A DNA stretch of 64,000 nt from Trichoplax adhaerens (Eukaryota; Animalia; Placozoa). Of this stretch, positions 1-12,132 are shown in pieces (position 1 is the first letter of the stretch; every line of letters begins with the position of its first letter). The position numbers and the translations under genes are program-made. Location of the stretch: NCBI RefSeq assembly GCF_000150275.1, contig NW_002060946.1, forward strand, positions 7,173,855 through 7,237,854. Reading direction: 5' to 3'. A model generated the notes under the pieces. That model did no database searches, had not been told where the DNA came from, and saw only the letters and a program-made list of their open reading frames with translations.

Positions 1-968
1 GAGCATGAGTATGGTGAACTATGGTAGGACGCGAGTACAGCAGTGCAAAAGTGCACACCAAAGATAATCTACCGCTATTAACTGTTGATAAATTGCTATT
101 TAAGACATTGTAAAATGTTGTGTAAGCACTTCTTCCAAATTAAGGCAGGAAAGACCCAAGTGCAGTTATGGAAAATAGTTTTAAATTGGCTTATTGCCCT
201 GAAAACACAAGTTATTTATCAGAAATGAACAATTTGTGAATGCCTTTATTGCCTTGGCGGTATTCATCGCCTAACATGGGAGATTATGATAGACTGATGG
301 CGGTAGTGATATCAACACTATATGGAATATTGAATATTGGCTCATTGTAGAGAATGACTATTGCAATGATTCGATACAGTAGTTCTTAGAATTGGATGTG
401 CTGTCGATACGATCAACGTCTTGTCTTGACGCAATATCCATTCGTATATACTATGATGGTAAGAAGTCCAAATTTTTTACCGGTTACATGCCAGTGTTTT
501 TTTTTTTCTTTTCTATGGCACATGATCAACATGATTTGATCATACTGGATAGAAGTTGAAAAAATGGACTTTGACTGATAATTCCAATTTAACCTTGAAT
601 TCTACGCTGCCACAATTCGAGCAGACATTTATACACGAGAAAATGAATACGTCTCATTTTCATAACATTGATTTCTTTTACAAAAAGTGAAGTCGAAAAA
701 TTGGTGCTTTCAGTGTGTACCGTACAATTCAAGTAGGCGCCAGTAAGTTATCAATTGACCGAGTGGATATTGCATCAAATACCATACTATCCATTTGTAA
801 TATTTTACCGATCAATGTTGATTCTATTTTTCAACATTAACTCCACTGTAGAGAATTGGCCTGTTGTCATAAGTACTGATATGATGCACCTACTCTGAGT
901 GCTTGATCAACAGCCATTGGTCACTACTTATCCTACTGTAATGGATGCAGAAGAGAAAGCCATCCTAC

Positions 969-1094
969 CTGTGTACTTGTAATGCGATGGCGTGCTAACT
1001 TGACGACAGAGAAGTTGCCATAGCCTAGCGTCCGCTCAATTTCGTAAAATCCAACGCGAACTGGTCGCATATTTCCATTCCGTTCACTCGACAT
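969..1094 (-). CDS. SIK2: Salt-inducible kinase SIK1/SIK2-type, first coding exon (gene continues beyond the left edge of the window)
   Basis: Reverse strand reads [42 protein letters not shown] (126 nt), then a phase-0 GTAGG donor. It matches the SIK1/2 N-lobe signature PVRVGFY-IE-TLG-GNF-VVKL-RHRIT. Too short to appear in the ORF track. Confidence 0.85.
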
Positions 1095-1284
1095 CTCCCT
1101 TAAAAATGGACTAAACGAGGCGACAAAAAAAAGCTGGAAAACAGAAGAAAAAAAAATGAAATGGATCTGTCATCAACTCTCTATTTACTGTAATTTAGCG
1201 AACACATACAGGCGAAAAAACAATGCGTTTATACTGCACTGTCAGGCATCAGCGAGCACCGTATGCCTGATACGGTGCTCGTAC

Positions 1285-1410
1285 AGATTACAGTACAGTA
1301 CACTGAGTCATAGAAATTGGAAATCTGACTCTCCCTGCAGTACTGTACACGGGAGACTCTACAGTATTACTACAGTACAGTACAGTACACGGTACTGTAC
1401 TGTACTGTAT
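1285..1410. repeat. TACAG/CTGTA (GTACN) pentamer array upstream of SIK2
   Basis: e.g. tacagtacagtacagtacacggtactgtactgtactgta, about 200-320 bp upstream of the SIK2 ATG at 1094. Confidence 0.9.
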
Positions 1411-2467
1411 TTCGTTTTCGTTTTACTGCACCATGGCAGTGCGCATGACTACGGCCAATTGCTGGCGTCATTCAGTCATCAAGATGATCGGCTACTCTTG
1501 CCGCTGTCGGGCTGTCAAAACAGTAAGGTAGTTTAGCGTGCATTCTATTCTTACTACAGCAATGGATTAGTTAATAGGTATCACCTGAAATCTACTGCAA
1601 ATGCAAAAGGTGAACTTAATCAAGCAACTACTGTACTATTGGACTGGAAAAGTGCGTGACAGACTGACAGTGCGGCGTGAGAAAGTGCCAAATGGCAGTT
1701 TAGTCACTTTCCTTTCTTGGTACACTACCTCCTTTATTAGGGGGGTACCTCTGAGCGTTTAATCCAGTAAATAACTAAATTATTTACAGTGTCATTCACT
1801 ACGTACTCTCTTCTACTGTGCAGTGTACAGTACAACAATAATACGGCGTACTGAAATGACCACCAACTAACGGCGAAAAGAAATCAACTGTTCTGTCGTA
1901 TTAAGTTCTAATTTATTGAATGCAGTGGATAGTTTCCAATGATTCTTAGAATATGATTCGACTGCAGTCGTTTCGTTTTAAGGATTTTATCCCACACACT
2001 GAGTCATTCTACAATTGATAATCTACCAAACTTTTATTGAAGCATTTCAGACAGTCGATTCGCTCGCTAGACACGTACATTTTCACATTCGCGTGCACGG
2101 TGTACCCCAGCTGCCATTGATACACTTCAATCAAATAGTAGTAACTTACCGCTAGTAACAATTCTGATGCTTGGTGAAAAATAACGACGGTGGCAATAGG
2201 TAAATTATATATCATGATTACATTATTGTACAATTACCACGGCACTAGGTCAAATCAGGGATTACTAGAAAGAGAGAGGTAGGAAAAATGACCGTTCAGT
2301 ACAAAAGAATGTGGCGGCCTATAAATTTTGAACCGTAACTCTATAGTGTATCCTTTCAGATATACATTTCAGTTGAAATGACCAGAAAATAGTCGGTCTC
2401 ACATTCTTGAATCTACTTTTACTTTTACCGAACGGCCGTTTCCTGGTCCCTTTTTTACTTTTTGGAG

Positions 2468-2712
2468 CAGTGTACAGTACAATCGCTGAGTGCAGGAAAG
2501 TTCAACCATCTTTATCAAAGTACAGTGCAGTGTACAGTACAGTACACTCAAGTACAGTATACAGTACTGTACAGTATACTGTACCCTAACCCCAACCTAC
2601 AGTACAGTATGTACAGTACTGTACTGTACTGTACTATACTGTACACTGTGCAGTACAATGTCTGTGTACTGTACTGTATTGCATTCAATGTTGTGTACCA
2701 CTTACACTGTCT
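2468..2712. repeat. Dense TACAG/CTGTA pentamer array
   Basis: Near-continuous tacag/tactg/tgcag units in both orientations. It generates the spurious YSTVQ/CTVLY ORFs. Confidence 0.9.
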
Positions 2713-2958
2713 GGCAAAGATGTTCATTCGCATTTTTGGGGTATCTCAAGTAGTGAGATACAAAAACGTCAAAATCGGGCGAATTCAGATTGATTTAAAT
2801 CATCGATCGCTCATATAGTAATTTACCGTACGACGTACAATGTGTACGTCCAGTAGTTGTAATATTCTTATACTATTCTTCAATACTCCATACAGAAATC
2901 ATTGACTTAATCGTTGCAGTAAACTAAAGAATGAATCATCTGAGTAGCGTTAGTGTTT

Positions 2959-2966
2959 TGACGTCA
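2959..2966. promoter_or_regulatory. Full palindromic CRE (TGACGTCA) about 1.9 kb upstream of SIK2
   Basis: Exact TGACGTCA between two pentamer clusters. Function is inferred only. Confidence 0.3.
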
Positions 2967-5900
2967 TACCGGCAAACAATATCCACTTGAATGTCCGGTA
3001 GACAGAATGGAGATACCATCCCTAGTATGGAGTGGCATAGTTACTGCACTTACTCCTTACTCACTACAGTACTGTACCGTCAATGAATTTGTTCGAATTT
3101 CCATTTTGTTATTCTATGCAGTGTTTTTCTTTCCTCTATTTACTTTCCATTATTATAATGTCTCTATTTTTTTACTTTTATTTTTTCCAGTATTATTGAC
3201 ATAGACGTTTTGTGTCGATTCGCCCTAGTCGTCGGGTGGGCGGGCTTTAGATCTGTTTGGTAGAGGCACAGTTCAAAGAAAAGCTTTTTCTCACTGCAAT
3301 GAGTAATGTGTACAGTACTGTACTCTACTCCGGTATGGTATGGTATGGTACGGTACGGACGGTAACATAGAGGTACCGTATTTTCTCATGATTATTTTAT
3401 TTTATTTTTTTTTTATTTATTTTTTTGGACTTTCATGGACGTACTATCGAATACAGTAAACGAATCTTCTTCATTAGAAGAAAAAACTATTTTTCATGTT
3501 GTAAATTCAAGGTGGATTCAACCATCTCCACTAACTAAGTTTGTTTTTAATTTTACTTACTACCAAGTGTACAGTACAATATTTAGTGGACAGCGCGACA
3601 GCCGAGCTTCCTGCGCTAGAGTTGTCTTTATGACATTTATACGCAAACTTAATCATAGCTCATTATAATTATGAGAATAGTGAAGTGAAAAAAATAAAAC
3701 AGATTTGCATCATACAAATACTGGTCATATCTCAAAGGTAAATTCATAAATCTACTGTACTGTATATATATACATACACACTACATAAGAATGGAGTATA
3801 TACCATTGCGTATACAGTATACAAGAGTAGACTACTTGCTGTATAATTACGTTTCTTACAGCAATCGACAGTCCTGTCGGATTATGCAATGTGAATAGTA
3901 CTATTGTAGGATGAAAGAATTGATTCATAAACAAGTCTATCTCGACTCCAGTTTTCTTGTAAAATTGAACTTTTGCTACTACTCTCATAACACACACGAG
4001 TAGTGAAAATATTACCTGTAAAATAGAGAATACACAATCATATGGAATGAAGAAAATCTTGCGGGTGTGTGCAATACTGTATAATTCATAATTATAATGA
4101 GCTTTATCAGTATTTATCTACAAACAACAATTACCGCATATTCGGCATTTCACAAGTTCTTGCCTCTGACACTATCTTGGTAATTTATTTCATTAAGTTA
4201 TTTCGTATTACATGATCAATAGTAAAATGCTGTACTTTGTTCACGATTAAGGTATTGCAGCATGTCTATTAATAAGTATTAAGCATTGTTCAAGCGTATC
4301 GGATTTTGATTCAGTATTATTAAATAACAGGAAGAGAGAAACACCAAGGAGAGGCATTGAAGCAGTAGCAATGTACTGCAGTTAGCCCAACATAATTTTA
4401 ATAGTTTGCTTACAAGGTTCGTGAGCAATAACAAATACCAACTCTAGAAGACAGTATTAGCCAGTTCTAGACATAGTATAAGGCAATTTATTTGAACAAC
4501 TATGGGGATTTGGCGATAATGTCAATGAACATAAATACTTTCTCTAATATGTAGATAGGCAGTACAGTACACTGTGCAGTAAGAGGAGGACGATGTACGA
4601 GCAATAATTACGAGATAATATAAAGGAATGGTTAAAGTTACACGCAGTATAGACAACACGGTCATGCTAAATTGGCGTAGCTGCAATTTATTTATAATTT
4701 TAATTTCAAATTATAATTTGTTGTGCACGCACAGTAGTAGCAAATAAGAGAAAGTCTGTGCAGCACCTACAAGTGACAAGAACACCCTATTTTCAGTTCC
4801 TCTTGTGTAGTGTAACACATTGGCTTTTAAGTCAAAGATTGTATGGCATCACAGTATACATCAGAAATCAATCACTTTAATAAAGTTCTGATTTTACTTT
4901 ATAGTTAAAATTTTCATTTATATTGTATAATATTGCAGTGTATGTACAGTATAATAGGTTATATCAACATGTTTAGATGAAAGATGCAAACAATCAAGTT
5001 GCTTTGCGATCAAATCTCAACATTCATCGAAATAATTAACAATTTCTTACAAAGAAGGATATCATCCGTACCATCGGCGGCACAACAATTGCTTGCGATA
5101 GAACGTTTCCTTCTTGTCCAGATTTATAGGAAATTTATTAATATATACAAAACACCTATCGTACGAGTTTTTCTATTTTTCGAACCCACTCTGACGTATC
5201 AATTATATCATGGATGGAATACAGCTCGACTACATCAAATGCCTAATAAAGACCTAGACCAGACTATGCAATACTCCTTTAGTAACTTAAATAGCACTAT
5301 CTTGAATCCAAGTATCTGAGCATATTGTTTTACAGTAATTGGCTACTGAAATAATTTGCTAACTTCATAAATGTTAAATCGAAAAAATACTGCTTAGTAA
5401 TTCATTATGGCATCCATAAAATAGCTCCAGTGCCTGTTTCATTTTATGCAAACGAAATAGGCATTGAATATAACGGAGCCAATTCTTGCAGTAAATTTTT
5501 CGTGATCGTTTCTACGTATAAATTCGCTGCTTGTCTGTTTGACAGTTTCGATATACGCGTAAGCGTAAATCTAGGATTATTCACTTTTACGAGAGAGTGA
5601 CGTTATAAATATTATATTAATACAAAATAGTTTTAGTAACAAGATTATAATATAGGTCTCGATCGGTATCGGGATGGCGTTAATGTTGCAATGGACTCGG
5701 AAGATGCCATTTGCACTATTGCAGTCTTACTTGTACTTGGATATTATGCCAATATAACGAATCTAAGGATTTTATTGAATAACTTGCTATGTGTTGAGTA
5801 ACAAAGTAATGAATCCCAAACTCAGTTAGTCTTCGAGAGAAAAAGAGGTTAATGATTGATTGTCGTTTTATTCTGACATCACAAACTTCATTACAAACTA

Positions 5901-7710
5901 GATTACCCAGGTCTTTTCAGAGCTGGCTCCATATACCTACCTTATACCTAATACCTAATCACTATCTTATATATAACATAACTATAAGTGGATTTTTTGC
6001 CAAGTTCTACTATAAAATATCTCTTTCGATCAAGTCTTTCATTGAAGCTGATTAAAATTACTAAATCTTGTTTGGAACAAAGTACGTATGTCAAATGGAA
6101 AGATACAATACGAAACTTGCCAATTTTTCGCTTTATAGTCGTAGTAATAACTAACATGCGTCTCAGTCTTGTTCAACTTTTCATTAGCTACCTATATCCA
6201 ATACTGATAACTTCTATTTGGATTAAACCTGCAATTTATGAGTACTTTATGAAGTAAACATGAAAATTATAACAAACTGTGTTATTGAATCGTAAAGTTA
6301 AGATGATAATTGATGCTACAGTATCAAGGCATTTCCTAACGTAATTTGTACATTGATCGATTAGATTAACCCGTAGAAGATGAATAATGGATGGGTACCT
6401 TATTGAAAGCGTTACTAATATTAGGATAATTATCTCGTGCCTTTCGTTCTTCTAAATTTCTGTATACGTCATAAAATTTTTCAATATTGATTTTATTAAT
6501 CACAGCGATATTTATAGTCTTACAGCAATTAATTCTACGAATACGAGGCATAATTTATCAATATAAAAAGTTATTTATTAAGCTAGTAATATAAGCGCCG
6601 CCGACGCTTTTAGACTAATAACTGAATGATTCAGTTTGGAGTATAAAGGGAATTTTATGTATTGATAAAGCTATTGGACATTTGAAGAGACGGTCAATCA
6701 TTTTATTGTTACCGAAATAGTATGCTGCATTTCTATGCGCGAACTAATTATAATTGTAATCATTGAATATGCATTGAGTTATCTTATGACCGGATTAATT
6801 TTAAAAGAATAGCATATCCTAACGGGTGTTTAATTATATATCATGAGTAAAAACATGCTTATTATAATTCGAGAATAAAAGCACTGTGTTAACAACCAAC
6901 TATGACATAAATTCTATCTTACACCGGATGTATCTAGGCAGAGTATTTACACAGTAAATTATAATGTTAATGCATACATAAGTAGTAGTATTGTAATAAC
7001 CATAAAAATAAACTATTTAAAGTCAATAGAATATAAATTGCAGCTTCAATTACTGTTATAATGTGTTTTTACCTTTCGTAGTAAAAATGCAAATAAGTAC
7101 GTCTTTCCTTATATAGGATAAATTCACGATATTAATTAATCATCAGCACGACCATAGACAATACTTTCTAGTCACGATGCATAGCGACTAATCATTGTAA
7201 ACTAAGGAATACAGCACTGTAAGAGCAGTAGGTTACAGCCATTTAGCCGCAAGTTAAAAATTCGTTAAAATCTATAATCTTTAATTAATTATCCTAGCTG
7301 CTGTAGTTTGCGTAGGAAGCAGAATTCAATATGCAATCTTTCTATTGATTAAATTAGCATATCTCATACTATGACGCACACAGAGTAGTTTACTGTAAAT
7401 AAATTAGTTTTGCGAGTGAAATTCAAGATATTCTATCATTTACATACGTATACCAGCAATAATTTTTTATTTTCGCTATGTCTATGTACAGTAAAAACAA
7501 TCAATTGAATATGATACTTATAATCTACTAAGGCGGAAGTAATGATATTCTAAAATATGCAAGTGATAAATTAAATATCGTTGCGGTTATGACGTTCATC
7601 CGTATGTGATCGATTTTAGGATTTACTATTAGTAGAGTAGTAAGAAGAGAATTATTTCAAATCATTTCTAAATTGCCGAGCGGGTGCCTGCTACTTCATT
7701 TAAAATTTAC

Positions 7711-8001
7711 CATGTTATAAAAATTTGTAGGTAAACCCTTCTTGTTTATGATTTTGTACACTCCAGATCCTGTTTCTAGATTCAAGCCATTGATCAACCC
7801 AGTATTACATCGTGTACAAGCAGTATAAATATACCAGGAAAATTGGGGGTAGATCTTACTTATTATATCAACATATGCTGTCCGGAACATGAAGATCTGT
7901 ACTAAATTGCATGAATCATAGCATGAATAAAATAAACTCATCAATAATTAATGAATGAATTATGTAGTATATTGTACACTTGTACTATAGTCTTGCGCCA
8001 T
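7711..8001 (-). CDS. Candidate first two exons of an unrecognised gene divergent from ZPR1 (contains a YxACxxC motif)
   Basis: ATG at 8001 within AAGATGGCG. Exon 8001-7978, 81-nt GT-AG intron, then exon 7896-7711 (186 nt, open, ends at GTAAAT). Translation: MAQDYSTS|IFMFRTAYVDIISKIYPQFSWYIYTACTRCNTGLINGLNLETGSGVYKIINKKGLPTNFYNM. No firm family assignment. Confidence 0.3.
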
Positions 8002-8087
8002 CTTCGAACCGTGAACGCTCTTTCACAGCTTTTAGCTACTCGTTTCCTGGATATTTTGCGAGGCACTTCTTGGGAGAAGAGACTACA

Positions 8088-8428
8088 ATACTGTACAGTG
8101 TACACTGTACTGTACTATACAGTACAGTCTACAGTCATGAACTTCTAGTGTACTGTATACTAGAGCACAGTAGGTCTCCTTTCAGACATCAAAAATTTGT
8201 CTGTTAACAGTATGTATTGTAGTGTATTATACACTGTACACTGTACTGTGTAGAGTCTACAGTACTGTACAGTACAGTAGTCTGATCTGGTTCCCACCCA
8301 GTTCGCACTGTACAGTACAGTACAGTACATACTGTACAGTGCACAGTAGCGTGTGTACTGTACGAGGCGGCTGGGCATCTTGTTTGGTATCGTGAAGTAG
8401 TGTACAGTTACTATGCTCTGCTGTACAG
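8088..8428. repeat. TACAG/CTGTA pentamer array in the ZPR1 upstream (possibly bidirectional promoter) region
   Basis: Multiple GTACW runs about 110-450 bp upstream of the ZPR1 ATG at 8535. Confidence 0.9.
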
Positions 8429-8534
8429 CAAAAGGCTCCACCACCACCCAAGAGGCAAATGTTCGAAGAAGGATCTTCTAAAGTCATCGATTTATTAAAG
8501 CACAGTGATAAAAGCTTAATACAACATCATTGAT

Positions 8535-11500
8535 ATGGCAGATAATCAACCATCATCCAATAAGCCGTTATTTCGGCAAATTGAGCCGGATGACGATTCA
8601 CCAGAGATTTCCGAAATTGAAAGTTTATGCATGAATTGCCACGAGAATGTAAGAGGACATCAATGGATAAATCAAATTCTTCTGTTGCGATCTGCAGTAA
8701 TTAATTCACTTTAATAATTATACAGTATGGAATAGTTCCATTTTGATGTCTATCACAAATACACGGCCTACTGTAGCTAGGGACTACTTATACTATTCTT
8801 TGCATTAGACTTTACCTGATTTAGTATGTTGTACATGCAATCAATTCCGTATTACATTGCGTCATTCGCATAGATATCAAAATTAGTATACGTACTCCTA
8901 ACTTTTCTTGATACTGCGATGAATCACAAATTTTCTAGTTCAGTAAACGTAGAGTGTATTTTAAAAACGAACTGTAAGAATCTCATCAATTAGTAAAATC
9001 TTAGTAGAACAACTTTTTCATATTGGTGCTATAAATATTACAAGAGTTATAATACTTGTATGGAAATATTGTATAATTAACCCTGTTAAGGATCTGATCT
9101 AAAGCCATATTCTTTACTTTTACCTAAGGGTACCACAAGAATGATGCTAACTAAAATTCCTATGTTCAGAGAGATTATCATCATGTCTTTCCGCTGTCCT
9201 CATTGCTATATGGAAAATAATGAAGTACAATTTGGTGGTAAATTTGAAGAGCAAGGTTGTCGCTATACTTTACGGGTGAAAGATGCAAAGGTTAGTTGCA
9301 ACAAACTAGAGACAAGAATATTGGATACTGATGCTCGAGAAATGAGTATTGCATACAAATCTGCTTTATTTCAACGATACAGGATCTCAATCGTCAGATT
9401 ATTAAATCAGATTGGTGTGTAGCTAAAATTCCGCAGCTAGATTTCGAAATTCCCGCCTTGCCCGGGCAGAGTGCAGGTATTTTATGCAGAAGTAATGCTA
9501 CTTGCATATTTCAAAAGAGTAAACTTCTTGATATTTCGTCAAGAAATTCTACGTTTGTATGTGATGATAAATTGTAAAATTTAATTTATTGTTTTAGCTG
9601 GATTGTAGCATTGATATTAATTGTTGCTAGACTTGTGCTATGTATGTCATACATCTAAATATAGGTACTGCAAAGGAATCGTCATTGTACTGTCTTTACT
9701 TTGTCAGTAACATGATTGCATTTTTGGATAATAATAGTGCTTACGACAATTGAGGGTTTACTCCAACGAACTATAGATGGACTAAAGATTCTTCAACCAG
9801 AAAGAAGAGTACGTCATGCTATACTATTAAAATCATATAGTAAATGTACCCTAGCTATTACAAGTTATGATAAGTTGTTAATGTAGCTGTGTTACATTTA
9901 CGGACATCTTTTATCGCTTTAAAATTGATCTATCAATGATATTGGAATTTCTTCTTGACAGATTGCTGAACCTGAAGTTGCTGCTAAGATTGACGAATTT
10001 ATCGCGCGAATAGAAAAATACCTCTACGGCGACGAAGAATTTTCATTGGTAATATTACAAAATATCGAGCTACTGTAAAGTACAGTACCGCTATCTATAG
10101 AGCGATTATAGTTTTTTGATTGATACTTTACCGTTTATATGTCAAGAGATTACCGTAGAATAGTCTCGCAACTTATGTTCTTATTGATATCAGGTACTGG
10201 AAGATCCGGCAGGAAATAGTTTTATTGAAAATCCATACTTTCCTGACCATGATACTAGCATGATCGTTGAAAATTATGTCAGAACTAAGCAGGACAACCT
10301 TTCATTGGGTCTTCAAGTAAGTACTATAAACTGAATAGTTCGATATTCTGACTGCAAATATCTTTGTAGACGTTTCGTTTATTTGAAATCATAAATCGTT
10401 GTAAACGTTCATACAGATAGACGATGGCATTACAGATACCTCTAACGCTAATGAAAGAGTGGAAGAAAATAATGGTATTCAAACTTAAGTTAGACAAGTG
10501 TTAGAAATATATAATAACTACTAGACTAAAATGACGTTTTATCAATGATGTTTTTTTATAACTTTAAGATGCAGAGTACCCTGATGAGGTGAGCGATAAC
10601 AGAAGTATCTTTTTTGAGGCCTTTATACAGCACTCTAACAGTTAAAAAAAGCCCGATAAGATACTAAAATATAAAAATTATAATCCTACAGGTAATAGTA
10701 TTTGCTACCAATTGCCCGTCATGCTTAACTCCTTCTCAAACCAGAATGGTTCCTGTTCGTATCCATCCATCAAATATTGCTAAATATAGATTAGACTGAA
10801 CACGTATTTATTAGTTAAGCCAGTAGTACTTGCTTTTTATTCTATCGCATATAAATTTTACTGCAATATAACAACTGCTGTTACTTTCTTAACTAAGTTA
10901 ACATTACAATCAGAAATACCACATTTTAAGGAAGTAATCATCATGGCATTAACGTGTGAAGCTTGCGGCTTCAAGACGAATGAAGTAAAATCAGGAGGTA
11001 ACTTACTGGGCCGCTATGCTACTAATAATGCCATTTCGATACTAGAGTAGGACAATTAATGTACTGAGCAACTACTACCGAGGCATTGATAAAGAGTGGT
11101 GATTAATTTTATCTATCTGTAAAACAGCTGGAATGTCAGAGAAAGGCATACGTCTAACACTAAATATAACGTCACCTCAAGACATGAGTCGTGATGTTTT
11201 AAAGGTACATCACTACGATACATTTCTAAATTATACTATCTACACAACTGATTCGTATGACGAGATGTTAATTTACTAATGAACTAATGAATTTATTTAC
11301 CTTTTATCCTGTAAACTTAGTCTGAGACTTGCACAATAGTTTTACCTGCATTTCCATTTGAGTGGCATACGGGCGTATCTGGAGGAAAATTTACTACTGT
11401 CGAAGGACTATTGACAAACCTCAAAGAGGAGGTAAACTTCGATTACAGCAAAATGATAAAAAAATCATATTGGAATGCTCCTCTTGCCAATTATTTCGGG

Positions 11501-12132
11501 TTACATATTTTTTAATATGTATTTCTTGTATCATTTATTCAGCTTGAAAGATTAAACCCTCTAGGACTTGGAGATAGCTCAGACGGTGTTAATAAGATGC
11601 ATCAAATAGTATCATTTGTGGATGCGGTAAACTATTGCTTATTTAACCATCTAGAAGTGAAAATTTAGAAGTGGCATTATGACTACTTACAACCCGATTA
11701 TAATTGTGATCATCCATCGATAGATAATTACAGGAAAGGAAAAGACCGTTTTAATACTGGATGATCCTGCTGGCAATAGCTTTATTCAGGTAGATTACAT
11801 CTTACCGTTGCCTACTTTTATGCAGATGATTTTCAGCCCATACGAATATTCATGTAGCAGATAAAAATATACCTAGCTGATGCTATTGCTGGGAAAGCAT
11901 TTTTGTGCATTACTTCTTATACGTACTTTATCGTACTTAGACGACTATGTAATTCTAACCCAATTAATTTTTTTTAAATCAGTCCGATTGCCTACCAGAT
12001 CCTGATCCAAACCTATTAATTGAACATTATCAACGTACTGACGAACAGGATGATGAATTAGGAATAAAAGATATGTGTGTTGAAAATTATGAGATTCTAG
12101 GAGAAAAAGAAAATGATGAAGATGCCGAATAA
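8535..12132 (+). CDS. ZPR1: Zinc finger protein ZPR1, 15 exons, about 455 aa
   Basis: Exons: 8535-8648, 9129-9290, 9383-9476, 9738-9808, 9962-10048, 10194-10316, 10417-10474, 10569-10588, 10692-10758, 10914-10997, 11128-11204, 11321-11431, 11543-11626, 11724-11789, 11983-12132. All introns are GT-AG and phases are consistent (1368 nt). Two C4 fingers (ESLCMNC...SFRCPHC; TNCPSC...TCEACG), [45 protein letters not shown]. Confidence 0.97.
10759..10913 (+). other. Probable U12-type (minor spliceosome) GT-AG intron in ZPR1
   Basis: 5' end GTATCCAT (U12 consensus RTATCCTT). Branch-site-like TTTCTTAAC at 10885-10893, about 20 nt before the CAG. No polypyrimidine tract. Confidence 0.65.

Noticed and set aside
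5461-5800. Plus-strand exon-like pair (5461-5558 and from 5656)
   Set aside because: Splice-like ends but no recognisable protein, no start exon and no nearby promoter-type array.
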